From NCBI GenBank assembly GCA_026936335.1, contig JAPMXV010000030.1, forward strand, positions 62,001-126,000: a DNA stretch of 64,000 bases. Reading direction: 5' to 3'. A program made the translations under genes and the position numbers. Below are positions 48,009 through 61,000 of this stretch, piece after piece. The notes under the pieces were generated by a model. It was not told the DNA's origin and ran no database searches. It was given only the letters and a program-made list of their open reading frames with translations. Origin of the DNA: Mantamonas sphyraenae STR306. Lineage: Eukaryota > Protista > CRuMs. Within the stretch, counting starts at the first letter, position 1. The number at the start of each line of letters is the position of its first letter.

Positions 48009-49115
48009 ATGTTCTCCAGAGACACCCTGGTGATGCTGGCAGGCTGCACAAGTGGTATGTACTCCTGAATGAGTTGATTGCCTTTTCTCTTTCGTGCTCC
48101 TTTCGTGCTCCTTGCTGACGCTGAGCTCACTGTGCGTCTCCAGGCGTGATCAGCGACACGTTCATGCACCCTGTGGACACCCTACGCGCAAACATGACTG
48201 CAAATGTGGGTTTGCACACACTCCCCGCACGCCTTCCAAGGGGCCCCAATGCGATGTACTGAGCGCAGCACACGTAATTGGCTGACACGGGAAGCTATTG
48301 CGATGCGAACACAGGTGCACAGTGCAAACTCTCCGTTTGCAACAACCGGCGGGGCCGTCCGCCATCTCTTGTCCCAGGGTGGCATTTCCCGCCTGTACAA
48401 AGGTCTGCCTACGGTGCTCATGCTCAGTGGACCTGCGCATGCCCTGTACTTCTACGGCTACGAGCAAGGCAAAAGTCGCCTGGGCTCCGTAATGTTTGCC
48501 AACACCCCGGCGGACCAGCTCACGCTGTGGCAACAGGGTGCCGTCCACATTGCCGCTGGTCTCTGCGCTGAAGCGCTCGCTTCCCTAATTTATGTTCCCT
48601 TTGACATCCTCAAGCAGCGGCAGCAGGTGTCGCACTATACCAGCACGCTTGACGTTGCTCGCGTCGCCCTCAAGGAAGAGGGAGTCCGTGGATTGTACCG
48701 TGGCTACGCTGCCGCCATGTTTGTCTTTGGGCCCTTTTCTGCCATCTACTTTCTGGTGTACGAGCGTGCCAAGGCCGGTGCCATGGCCACCCAACACATT
48801 GCCAGCACTCACGACGTTCCATTCCTCGTCCACCTGGGCTGCGGCGTTCTGGCAGGCATCACAGCCGCCGTGGCAACCACACCGTTGGACACCGTCAAGT
48901 CCCGCCTTCAGGTGCAGCACAGGGCCGTCGCTGCCGACGTCAACACCGCCTATCGCTACTCGGGCATCCTTGACGCCTTTGCCTCCATCTACCGCAATGA
49001 GGGCATGCGTGCCTTGTGGAAAGGGGCTCCATCGCGCGTTGCTTGGATGGGTCCTGGCATGGCCATCACAGTGACGTCGTACGAGACGCTGAAGCAATTC
49101 TTGGATCTTGATTGA
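48009..49115 (+). CDS. Mitochondrial carrier (SLC25 family), 302 aa; introns 48055-48143 and 48206-48314
   Basis: Three PxDxxK/R signature repeats: HPVDTLRAN (exon 2), [11 protein letters not shown] and [11 protein letters not shown]. Exons sum to 909 nt. Confidence 0.92.
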
Positions 49116-49129
49116 TGTTCCAACCGCCC

Positions 49130-52100
49130 TCACACTCCCAGGAAGCGTTTGAGACGCCTGTCGTTGCGCAGCTCCCTGTCCAACTCTTTGAGCTTCTGGA
49201 TAGACTCTGTCTCGTGCGCAATGAAGCGCTGCTCGAGGATATGGATTCGGAAGATGGCTTCGTGGCAATAGCGCACATACTCTGCCTCTTCTTCCTCGTC
49301 CACATTCTCCGGGTTGCGCGAGTAGCCAGCTTGGCGTCGCGCAAGTTCTTGTGTCTCCTCGTCCAGGCGCATCTGGATCAGATTGGCCTTTTCGATCAGG
49401 CGTTCCTTGAGCGCCTTGAGAGCACGGTCCTTGACGCGCAGCGCCGTCTCCCGGTCGGTCGGCAAGCCATCCTTGAAATACACGGCCAGCTTGTCCCTGT
49501 CGTGCGCCTTTGTTTCTTCCTCTTCCTTCTTGCGCCGCACAATCTGCTCTGTGCTGAGCGTGTGCGCGTTGCGCCGAATGTCGTACACGCTCACGTCCAA
49601 CAGCGTCTTGTCGTCCGCATCGATCATGGCCTCCTCTGCATAGCGCTCTTCCAACAGCTGTCTGGCCTGCCTTTGTCCAGCGCGCATCATGGCACCGCAA
49701 TTCTGTTCCGCCTTTTCAAGTTCGCGGATCACGTTCATCAGCTCCTCCTCGTCCTTCAGCTTCATGTACGGGTCTGCCTTGATCTCCTTGCCATCCCACT
49801 CTGTACCAGACTCCTTGGTGAAGATGAGTGCGCTCTCGGTGATGTTTCCCTCGCCCCGATGGTACCACAGGCGCACCCTATCGTCGGCGTAGAAAGCCCG
49901 CTTCGCCACGTCTTCGTGTGCTGGCAGGGCATGGTTGCGCGAAAACTTTTCTGTTGCCTTTACCTGCCTGCTGTTGGTCACGTCAAACGTGCGCATGCGC
50001 TCCCGGCCCTCCAGGTCGTCCACGTGCGACGTGTCAAAGTTGTACCCGCGGAAAGTCAGGTGATCCTCGCGGTCGACGTACAGCTCCACCACACGGCGTG
50101 CCATGTGGTCTTCTCGCGACTGGAGACCATCTTCGCGGTACTCTGTGTAAAACTCGAAGCGCTCCAGCTCGGCGTCGACAAAGATGTGCTTGTGCAGCGC
50201 CTGGTCGCGGCCCGGGGCAAAGATCTCCACCACCTTGCCCTCCTCGGGATAGATGTTGCGTTCTTGCAGCAGATCCAAGCGGTTGGCAAACAGCTGCTGG
50301 ATGCGTGCCAGCTCCGTGTACTCTTCGTCTTCGTACAGCCAGAACTGCTTCACCATGCCGTCTTCACGCAGGTACTCCGCAAACGACTCATACTTGCACT
50401 TGAGATAGTAGGTGACAATGTGGCCCTGCGGTGAGCGCTTCTCAAACGCCACCTCGTCGATGGCCATGTCGTCCTCGTTGACCCAGGACGGCGGCAGCTC
50501 TAGTACCTCGCTGCCCTGCTCGCCGGCCTGCAGCTGGTTCTGTTTGGTTGAATCAAACAGAGAGGAGGCCATGAGCCGGTCCACGTTGCTGCTGATGCCC
50601 ACATTGCTGCTGGTGTCGATCTGTTCGCCAGAAACACCCGCGCCGTCGTCGGCGGCATTGCCTCCCATGCTGCTGCTGCTGCCTGCCTCGCGTCCATAGA
50701 GCTGCTGTGAGCCCTCCTTTGTGTTGATGCTCTCCATAAACAGGTACTCCCACCGAGTGTTGTCGCCCAGTTCGTAGCGGATGTCTTCTACGCGCTCGTG
50801 CGGCTGCATGTTCACCCAGCAGTTGACGTTGTTCCAGATGTTCTCGATGCCCAGGTAGTTGGCATCGCTGGCGCGCGTCACTTTGCCCGTGGACGGCTCG
50901 ATAAACAGATCGTGGGCCACTTCGCGCTTGCCCGACAGCACGAGCACCCAGCAGTGCACCCGCTGGCCCTCCAGCGGATCCCTGACTTCCACCTTGTTTG
51001 CTTCCTCTTCTGCACGCAAACGATCCTCCTCCTCTCGTCGCGCCGCTTCCTCCTCGTCCAGCTCCTTTTGCTTCTGCTGCTCGATAAACTGCGAGCGCAG
51101 CTCCTTCTTGGGCCGCACCGCATACCGGTTCACCTTTTGCTCCTCTTCCTTCTCCTGCACCTCCTCCTTGCCGCCGCCGGACGACGTGCGGGCCTTGTAA
51201 AACGGACACTCCACCTTGCGCAGGTCGCGCTGGGTGATCTCGCGAACCGCGTACCCGTTGACACAGTACGCGTCGTATCCCACGCCGATGAGCAGCGAAC
51301 ACAGAAGCGTGCTCATATCGAATGCGTCTCCGCGTTGCCAACGTAGAGTCGTGGGCGGAGATACCAGAGTCCTCGGCTGTGTGTGGTGTTGTCGTGCGTG
51401 TTGCGGCAGAGTCAGCAAAAGGGCGTCTCAAGAGCCGTTTGACGTCGGAGCCAAACACGGCCGCCTCACGACCTATCCCGACCACCTAGCGGTTCTGATT
51501 GGGCACGGATGGCAAAAATACACGCCTTGCGCACACCAAGGAGAAACAGGACAGGCGCAGGGGGAAGGTAGGCAGGCAAAGGGCAAATTTGAGGAGGCGG
51601 TGCGGGCAAACGTACGACTTCCTTGGGAAACTCGAGGGGCTCGTACACGATGTAGTCGGCGATGAACTTGGCACACGTGTCGAGGTCATAGAGGTCCTTA
51701 AAGGGGATCTGGGTGGGGCGCACGAAGCTGCAGACGAATTTCTGGAGTGGGGTGGTGGCGGACGACGGGGGATGAGCACAACGGTCGCCAGAGACGACAC
51801 CGCGCTTGCCGGGCTGCACTTACCTGGATGCCGGCCTCGTTCATGGGCAGCATGAACGGGATGGGACGGCGCATGTACAGTTCGATGTACTGCTTGATGA
51901 AATCGGTGACATACTCGAGGATCATCTCCTCCTGGACCGTGTTTCGGACGTAGGAGGTGGGCAGCTCGTCGAAGCGGACAGCGTCGACGCGAGCTCGCTT
52001 CTCAGCCTTGCTTGCAACAAGTTCCTCCTCTGTGACCAGTTCCGAGTTCTCATGGGTGTCGATGGCCCAGTCCAAGTGCACCTCGATGCGGTAAGCGGCC

Positions 52101-52132
52101 TCTTTCTCCTGCACCGCTTTCTCAAACTGCAT
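49130..52132 (-). CDS. DRC7: Nexin-dynein regulatory complex subunit 7 (CCDC135); introns 51823-51742 and 51615-51377
   Basis: PMNEAGIQ|KFVCSFVRPT, SPPTTLRWQRGDAFDMSTLLCSLLIGVGYDAYCVNGYA, RVHCWVLVLSGKREV, FIEPSTG, YLGIENIWNNVNCWVNMQ and FRIHILEQR. The start could be 52171. Confidence 0.93.
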
Positions 52133-52308
52133 CCTGGATCTTGTTGCCTCGCCAAGCGCAATGGACTGCATCAAACACAACGTTGGAACATCACACGTGT
52201 GTGTGTACTTTTGCGGACACGTACATGTGACGGCAAGGGTGGTCGGACATCTTGCACGGGGCACCGATGCGTTGTCGGCGGCAATTCAGCGGCCCCACTC
52301 CCCCCTCC

Positions 52309-54939
52309 ATGGACGACAAGCTTGCAGTCAAGGCTGAAGTGGCTGCCAAGCGACAGAGGCTGGAACAGCTGCGTGCCAAGCAGCAGGCACTGACAGAGAA
52401 GCGTGTGCGGTTGCGCGCCGGTGTGGCTGACGGAAGCGACGACGACGGAACCGATCTGCTCACTGACGCAAGCATTCTGCGTTCGTCCGAGCAGACGCTG
52501 AAGCAGGCGCTGAAACTGGCCGAGCAAATCCAACAGACCAGTGTGCAAGAAATGGAGGCAGCAGCAGCGGCAGCAGCAGTGGCCAAGACGCACGACGCAG
52601 TCCAAGCAGCCGGCGCTGCTGTCCAGAGCAGCAGCAGCAGCAGTGGCAGCAGCGGCGAGAGTGCAGAGGGCATGCGCATGGTACCCCGTGTAGAAACTAC
52701 AGAGGCGGAAGTACAAGCGGTACGTTTTCCGTGTCTGTGTCTGCGTAGGGACGCAGTTTGCGGTGTGCGTCGTCGCGTGTTCCTGATCAGCCCTCTGACA
52801 CCCGCAAACAACCATCCGTTGCCCGGACATGGGGCGCTCTCGCCGCCGTGGCTTATCGCACACGTCTTTCTGCACACACCCTCCTTCACCCTCTCCACCC
52901 ACAGGGCTCAGTGACATGTGCGTTGAACACAAGAGTGGGAATCCCATCGCAACCCGAAGAAGGGCGGTGGAACCAGACCGCGCAGGCCGTCGTAGACTCA
53001 CACGCACACACAACCCCCCCCCCCCCCACCGCCCTCAGCATATGCATCAGAGGCACAGACCATCGGTCTAGTGCTGCCTGCAAACGAAGAATACGTGGAG
53101 AAATGCCAATTGCTGGCCACTTGGATCAACTCGTTCAGCCTGAAACATCCAGCGTTGAACGACGGCGTACCAGCAAAGGTGACGCAGGATCTGCAGCTGG
53201 AACTGCGTGACGGCGTGCTGCTGTGTCTGCTGGCCACATGGTTTCCAAACGTGGTGGGCAACAAGATCATGCCTCTGATCGAGGTGCAGCCCGAAACAAG
53301 CGAACACAAGCTGGCCAACATCCAGCTGTTCCTCAACGTGTGTCAGTCGCTGGGAGTTGACCGCAGCTTCCTCTTTGCCCCCGACGAGCTGTACCACCAA
53401 ACCAACATGATGGGTGTTGTGGATGCGCTCCTGTTTGTGCGCGACCATGTCAACATGTTGCGCGACTCTGAGGAGGCCGCGGAGGAGGCCGCCGGCGGCA
53501 CAGCCGATCCCGGCGCATCGTCAGCTGGACCCTCGCTGGCCACCACGGTCGGCGTCGATGCAAAGCGTGCTCAGTGGACAAAGGCCGAGCTGGACAACTT
53601 TCGCAACGCGTCGCGCATCATGGAGGTGGCGTTGAACGAGAAGGACCAGGTGCATGCCCTGGATGAGTACACACAAGCCCTTAAGGAGTTGCCCGACAGC
53701 ATGAACGATGAAGAGCAGCGCAGTTTCCACGTGGTGCGTACCTACGAGCACGCAGCGTGTGAGCAGCGCTCTGTGGTGGCGATGGACTGGAGCACAGCGC
53801 ACACACAGGCCGAATTGCTGGTTGCGTACTCGGCACCCAGGGGCATGAGCCAAGCGCAGTACGAGCAGCAGCTTGCAGGCAACCACGACTTTGCACAGGG
53901 ACTCGTGTTGGTGTGGAACAGTGTCACGCAGGACAGGTACGAGCACATGTTGACCTGGAACGCCCCGCTTGCTTCAGCCGCCTTTTCCACACACGGTGAC
54001 TATGCCGTGGTGGCGGGATGCCACGATGGACAGCTGCTCAAATGGGACCTGCAGACGTATCTGGATGGCTATCCGACGACCAAGAGTGCGTTTAGCATGG
54101 ACACGCACGTGTACCCTGTGTTCTGCTTGGACTTTTCCCAGCACCACATCCTTTCCATCTGTACAGGCGGCGCTCTGATCTCGTGGCAGCCGGAGAAAAT
54201 GGCCAACAGCACAGAACCCGACAGGGTAAACCTGCTCGACAGCATCAAGAAGCCGCTCGCTGTGTTGACGCACAGCTTCACACGCAACCGCGACGTGCTC
54301 CTTGTTGGGGCCGAGGATGGCATGCTGTATGCGGTCAACCGTGCAGACAGGGACAAACCTATTGAGGGCGAGTACACAGGGCACAGTGCCGCTCTGACGT
54401 CCATTTCGGCCCATCCCAGGCGCAACGATCTTGTGCTCACAAGCTCCCTGGACTGGTCGTGCATGCTGTGGCGCCTGCTGCCCCAGGGACAAGACACGCC
54501 CGTGTATGTGTTGGATCAGTTTGGCGACAATGTCCTGGATGTGGCCTGGTCTCCTGTCCACGCGTGTGTCTTTGCCACTGCGGATGGCGAGGGCCGCGTC
54601 TGCCTCTGGGACATGCGCCTCCTGGGTCAGACTAGTGAGAAGGACACTCCCGTGGCCGAGTTGCTGGTGGTCCACACTGACGAGCGCGGTTCCCAGCACA
54701 GTGTCCCTGTCAACAGGCTGCTGTGGAGCCCCGATGGAACACAGCTGTTTGCTGGGGACGTCCTCGGGCGCACTCACCACATCCAAGTGGGCGCGCAGTT
54801 CTCCTCTGATGTCTCAAAGCAGACCCTGAGCGACCTTGACTCGGCCGTGGCTGCCCTGCAGTCGCGTTCTGGGGCAGCCGGCACAGCCGACGAGTCGTCG
54901 TCGTCGTCGTCGTCGTCGTCGTCCTCCTCCTCCTCATAA
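52309..54939 (+). CDS. DYNC1I: Cytoplasmic dynein-1 intermediate chain with an inserted calponin-homology domain; intron 52720-52904; probable 1-nt shift in the C-run 53014-53027
   Basis: N-terminal MDDKLAVKAEVAAKRQRLEQLR coiled coil; Roadblock-type helix FRNASRIMEVALNE; WD40 motifs RSVVAMDWS...ELLVAYS, GLVLVWN, HVYPVFC, VGAEDGMLY, LTSSLDWSCMLW, VLDVAWSPVHACVFATADGEGRVCLWD. Confidence 0.85.
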
Positions 54940-55061
54940 CAACGAAATGGACAGCTTCTTTGCTTCGACGGTCAATGCATCGCTCATTTCCCATCCATCA
55001 TTGCGCGCGGAGCAGACCAATCTTCTGCTTCTCTGTTTCGTGCCGCCGTGGAATTCCCCGA

Positions 55062-57138
55062 ATGCTCGCTGCACTGGGCGCATTCTTGCTGGACATCAGC
55101 ACACCCACGCTGTACATACTTGACGTGGTCACAGACATCCTGGTGCTAAACCAATACAGGGAAAACGGATGGGAGGACCTGTACCAGCTGACGTTGACCT
55201 TCATTGTCCTTGTGCCGGTGATCTCCTTTGTGTTCTCCGTGTGGTTTCTGCTCATGTGGACAGCCAACGCATACGACACCATGGACCCCGAGGGCCAGGA
55301 CTCGGCCCTGCGCGACTTTTTCTACAAGCAGTTTGGCCATGATCGGGACGCCTTTGTGCGGCGCATCTACGTGATGATCGCCCTGTCGCCGTTGCTTCCC
55401 CTGTATATTTGGCTGGTCAACTACATGGAACTGATTCACTGGCCCCTGTATGGCAACCACTCGTACGAAGATCTGCGCACAAAGTCGGAGCACGAGGTAA
55501 ACTTCAACACTCTGGGCGGAACCAACGAAGACGACACAGGCGAATTCTTTGCCAACCTGCTGCGAAGGGCCATGCGCGACGTGGGCGTGCTCTTGGAGGT
55601 GCTGTTTGAGGCGTATCCACTCAGTGCCATCCAGCTGTATGTCCTGCTGGACACGCGAAGCGCAAACCCAGTGGCCATTGTCTCGATCCTGGTTTCCTTT
55701 GTCCAGATCATGTCCAAGACCTACTTTCTGGGCATCGACAAGCATGTGCGCCTTAAAGTGCTTTGGGCAGCGACTGCACTCACCAGCGACTGTGTTGGTC
55801 TCCTCACCACTGTTTTCGTGGTGTACTTTGCCGACGAATTCACGGGAGTGTGGTTTGCTGCTTATCTGACCCGCTTTGCCGTACGTGCCCCATCTTTTTC
55901 CTTTGACCCCATTTCCAGTGCACAGGCCTATGGCACCCATCCACACACATTGGAGTGTTCCAGGCATGCATGCACAGCAACTGACGTTCTAGCCCACCCT
56001 CCCCTGCTCGAATCCCTCCGCACAGGCCAATTTCTTCCTGACGATCCTTGTGGTGATGCGCAAACTGCACCGTTTCCTGGATATGTTTGAGACGCAGCGT
56101 TCGTCAAGCAACCGCTATCCGCCCGGGTACAACGGGGAAGGAGATCTCCCGGCAGACTTTCGACCGCCTGTGGATCCCATGGTGCTTGTGTTGCACATGC
56201 TCTCTGCCATCATTGTATTCATGGCATTCCTGGCCATCTGCACATTTGGGGCTCTGTTCCCCATGGCCACAATGGTGGTGCTGTCGCGCGTGACCCTGCT
56301 CTCGGATCGGGAGCGCTTCTCGCACAAGGAGGTGATGGCCGCAAGCGCACGTGCTCACCGTTCAGCTCACTACAACGACCTGGGCGCACGCAACGTGCCT
56401 TTCTCCACCCTGCCGTACACCAAGTACGTGGACATGAACAAGACCTCGCACCTGGGAGTGAGCACCTACCGCAAGGAGAAGATAGTGTCCTACCTGCACG
56501 CCGAATTTACGCCGCAGATCACCACTGCGCAGCTGGACATCTTTGCACCCATGGTGAATCTGAACATCAATGTGCGTCCTCCGCGACCACAGTTCAACAA
56601 CGACCGCTACCGTGCCTTCCGCGCTCGCTTCGATCCGCGCGCATTGCACATCTCGGTGGTGAATCAAGACTTTCTTCGACACCGCGAGGACCTGTCGTTG
56701 CCCACACAAGCCTTCTACTGCTTGTTGGACGCTCGCATGAACCCCAAGTGGTACGCGTGGTTGGCGGCAACGTTGTTCACCGCGTTTGTGTACCTGCTGA
56801 GCCATCTGGTGTGGCCGGTGCTGCTGAATGTCATGTTTTATGTACTGTACGACAGCAGCGCCGGGGTCATGCAGGGCAACAGCAACCACCTGCTCAACTC
56901 ACTGACCCCGGGCGCCGTCTTGTTCAAGGACTTGTTTGGCCTCGCCGGCCTCATTCTGCCGGTTATCTCTGCGGTTTCTCTGTGGCTGATCATCAAACAG
57001 ACCAACCGAATGTTTGTGCGGCGTGTGCACGACCTCGATTGCATCTCGGCTGGTCTGATTGAGCGCCGCCAAGCCGACGCCGATGCTCATCCACGAAACA
57101 GGCGTCGTCTGGCGATTGTGCAAGCCTATCGTCCATGA
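55062..57138 (+). CDS. XK-related (Xkr-like) multipass membrane protein, ~643 aa; intron 55881-56025
   Basis: LYILDVVTDILVLNQY, LLEVLFEAYPLSAIQLY (ExxP motif) and IVSILVSF, with many TM helices; a phase-0 intron joins the two ORFs. Confidence 0.65.
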
Positions 57139-57147
57139 GCGGCTTTG

Positions 57148-57890
57148 TCACTTGTTGGCCTGCAGCATGACTTTAAACTCGTCGTAGTCAATGAATCCCG
57201 AGTTGTCAGTGTCCGTCTCTGCGATGAGCTGTTCAATGTCGATGGTCAGCTCAAACTCCTTGATGGTTTTGATGAGCAATTCAGCCTTCACTTCGCCACT
57301 CTTGTCCGGGTTGCCACCCATGGCCACAAATGCGTCGATGGTGTCGCTTTCGTCGTCCACGGTTGCGCTGGCCGCCTTTTGTGTCTCGATGACCTTGAGG
57401 AACTCGGAAAACTCAATCGTCCCGCTGTTGTCGTCGTCCACCTCGCTGATCATCTGGAACAGTTCCTCCTCTGTTGGGTGTTGGCCCATGGCTGTGTGTG
57501 TGTGTGTGTATGTGTATGTGTGTGCGTGTGTGTTTGGCCAAGGGCGAGGGAAAGGCAAGAGGCCAACGTGTGTGAGTGGTCAACGGGAAAAGAGGAGGGG
57601 GCCTTTTGAGAAACCTTCGATTGCAAATGCTGCACGTACACTCGAGAATGGCCCGCAATTCCCACACGTCAATGCTGTCGCTACCGTCCTTGTCGAACTG
57701 TTCGAAGGAATGGCGGCATTGGTCAATTTCCTCCTGCGCGGTGAAGGAAAAAGGGGGTGAGCAAACGGTCGGGGCGTTGGTGTGCGCGTCACGAGGCACA
57801 CGGGAGTTGCACGGTGCATTGAGGAAAACAGGAGCAAAGGCAAGCTATGTGCGATGTACTCACCTGTGTCAAGCGCACGGCTGGGTTCAT
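57148..57890 (-). CDS. Calmodulin-like outer-arm dynein light chain (Chlamydomonas LC4-type); introns 57863-57734 and 57639-57492
   Basis: EF hands FDKDGSDSIDVWEL, VDDDNSGTIEFSEF and TDTDNSGFIDYDEF, plus the LC4-specific DTIDAFVAMGGNPDKSG...EFELTIDI. Confidence 0.88.
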
Positions 57891-58017
57891 GGCAGGTCGG
57901 ACGTGAACGAAACGTTTGGGTGGAGTCGCGCGGACGACTCGCGGAGGATGGCATGATGGGAGAGTGGCAACTTGCGGAGAGGGAGGTGCAAGGTGTGGCA
58001 TGGTTGGCGGCAGGTGG

Positions 58018-58056
58018 GTGATGTGGATGTGATGTGGATGTGATGTGGATGTGATG
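58018..58056 (+). repeat. 11-bp tandem repeat (GTGATGTGGAT) x3.5 in the divergent LC4/SFI1 intergenic region
   Basis: Read directly: GTGATGTGGAT GTGATGTGGAT GTGATGTGGAT GTGATG. Confidence 0.9.
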
Positions 58057-58093
58057 GGACGCGGCCAGGCGCGCGGGGGCAGCCAAAGAAGGG

Positions 58094-61000
58094 ATGTTGT
58101 CGGCAAAGGACGCGTATGCGGAGCGCTCAGACGCACACCGAAGTGGCACGGTGATGCCAGCTCTGTCTGGAGGGGGCCTGGCGGGGGAGATTGCCACACG
58201 GTCAGCGTCGAGGCTGGCGCCACGGACGCCGCCGAGGTACGTTTCGTTCACCCGAGCCCGGGTACACGATGCAGACGAAGGCGAGCTGCCGGGGATGCTG
58301 AATGAAGAGGATGCACGTGCGGGAGTGTATTCGTCGTTGTCTGGGGTCACGTCTGTGGCGAGCAGTCAGTCGTACGGGACGACGAGTTCGATGCGCGCGG
58401 CTGTGGGCTCGCCATACTCGACGAGCTCGCGCAGGGTGGACTTTATCGAACGCAACAGGCGTTTGGTGTCGGCCATGTCCAAGGAGGTGGCGCGCAAGAA
58501 GCAGATGGACGAAAGCCGGGCGGCGGCAGAGAGAGAACGGCAGTTGCTGGGAGTTGGCGCGCAAACGCCATCGAGCGGCCCCACACACACACGGGAGGCT
58601 GTGAGCCGGATTCGCATCCCCTCTGTGGTCTCTGATGCACTCAAATCGGCCATGGACGGAGCACAGTCTCCGTATGCATCTCCAAACAGGCGCACGGGAC
58701 CGAGGACGGTGCGGGCCACAGAGACGCCCGAGCGCGCCACGTACGTAGCGCCGAGAGCAGGCAACCCGTACGACTATGAGCTGGTGCGCACTGAGCATGG
58801 TTCACGAGGAAGTGGGCACAACATGGGATGGCAGAACCACGAGGATCAAGGGGACGGGTGGGACTCGCCTGAGGAGGAGGAGGTGGAAGTGCAGGTGACA
58901 AGCAGCGGAGAAATGTCTGCGTCGCTGCGCAGGTCGCACGAGGACATGCGAGCAGCGGGAAAACTGCAGCAACGTGCCAAAAGACTGTACCACATGCGGC
59001 TGGCACGCATTGTGGCCGACCATTGGATGTATGTGGCGCGAGATCGGCTGGCGGCTGTGCGAGCACGCCACCAGCGCGAACACAGCACTGTGAGGCCTGC
59101 GTTTGAAGCATGGCGAGACATGACTTGGGATGCACGCAAAGGGTACAAGAGCCATGTGCGGTCGCTCGATGCGGATCGGCGACGTCTGCTGCAGAAGGGT
59201 GTTCGGCGTTGGTTCAGCTACACGGAGATGCGTGCCTGGAAGAGGCACATGCAGGAGGAAGCTGACGCACACGCTCGACAAGTACTGGTGACGCGGGCAT
59301 GGAACCTGTGGGCTTCGTTGTGCAACCAGCCGATTGTACGACGCAGTATGGATCCGACGTTGGCCGCGCTGGGTGTGCGCCCTCCAACAGAAGCGGAGCT
59401 GGAGGCGCAGGCGGAGCAAGTGGACAGGGAAAAGAGGGTCCAATGGGCATGGAAGACGTGGACCGAGGCGCTGCAGTGGAAGCGGAAGCTGCGGGAACAG
59501 GTTGTGGGTGCGCTTGTGTTTGACGGACGTAGGCTGCAGACACACGCGATGCGGCAGTGGCTGTGGTATCATGGACAGAAACAGACCAAAAAGGAGCTGC
59601 AGGCACAAGCGGACGAACTGAGGCGATGGATAGTGTGGCACCGAACGCTGGCGGTGTGGCGCAACCACGTGGCGTGGCGGGTGCAGGAAGCAGACAATTT
59701 GGTCAAGTCGAGGCTGCACCAGCGCAAGCAACTGCTATCGAGGTACACGGCAATGTGGCTGCAGTTTGTGGCAGAGGTGAAGGAGGAGCGTGTGCAGGTG
59801 AAACGGGCGCTTGGTCACTTTCTGTCTCAGAACCGCATGAGGTACTTTGCCACGTGGCTTGCCTACACACAGCACCGCCTGCGTAAACATGTGATGAACA
59901 CACAGGCTTACGCTCTGTTCCGTGAGCGGGAGCTTCAGCGGCGCACGGCGCAGTGGCGTGAAGCGTGGCAGTTTCAGCGCTGGGAAATTGCCACAAACGC
60001 AGAGGCAGACGCAATGAGCCGGCGATTGACGCTAGTGCACAGTTTGCAAGTGTGGCACGGCGGATGGGCGCAGCGTCGCCATGCGCGACGGTTGATGACA
60101 CTGGCAGTGGACACGGCGGATCGGAGTTTGCTGCGACACAACATGACCAAGTGGCACGCGTACGTGAGGTTGAGGCGATGGAAAGCAACCCAAGTGGAGG
60201 TGGTGGGAGGGTTTGCACGGCGTTGGCTGGCCAGGAGGACGGTGGCAAGGTGGAGGGAAGCGCTGCGTACATCGCAAGAGACGCGGCAAAGGCAGCAGGT
60301 GGAGGCGTCACACAAACATTACCAGGAGCAGTTGCTGGGCAGATCGATGGAGCAGTGGCGGCGATTTGTGCAGTTGTCGCTACGCACAAAGCGCCAGCTG
60401 ACGCAGGCGCTGCGACACCACGACAGCGTGGTTGTGCGTTCGTGCATGGATGCACTGAAGCGCAACGTACGCATGGAGAAACAGCGACGGCACTTGGAGG
60501 GAAAGGCGGACGCGCACCTGCGACACAAACTGCTGTACGAATATGTGTGGATGTGGCGAGAGCGGATGCAGCACCAGGTGAAGATGGGCCGTATGGAGGA
60601 GAACGGGCGTGCGTTTGAGCGATACTGGCTGAGCCTGCGTGTACTGCACGGATGGCGAGAGCGATGGGAAGTGGTGGTGGAAGCGAGGCAACTGGAGCAC
60701 ATGGCTTTGTTTCACAGGTCGTTCTGGCTGCAAAAGATGTGCTTCGACCGCTGGCTGGAATTTATGCTTGCGATGGAGCAGGAGCGGCAGCGGCTGCGTG
60801 ACGCAATGTCGTGGTGGACGGGCAATGCGTTGTGGAAGAGCATGCGGCAGTGGCAGCGGTACGTGTTGCATCGGCGAGGCAAGCGGGACCTGCAAGTGGC
60901 TGCGTCGCGGCAACGCAAGGTTGCGCTTGTTCTGAGGCATCTATCGCTGTGGCTGAACAAACTGGACGCAGTGAGGACGCAGGAGGGACGCATGCAGCTT

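Noticed and set aside
51377-51615. Hairpin and ATTTTTG Sm-like site in DRC7 intron 2
   Set aside because: No recognisable snRNA or snoRNA boxes; a single hairpin in GC-rich DNA is expected by chance.
51817-51830. ACTTACCTGG, resembling the 5' end of U1 snRNA
   Set aside because: It is the reverse complement of the DRC7 5' splice site (CCAG|GTAAGT), with no U1 structure downstream.
57148-57890. Centrin or calmodulin call for the EF-hand gene next to SFI1
   Set aside because: The DAFVAMGG...EFELTIDI segment and degenerate third EF hand fit the outer-arm dynein LC4 family better.
58018-58056. CRISPR-like or telomeric repeat
   Set aside because: No spacers, only 3.5 copies, internal position and no cas genes.
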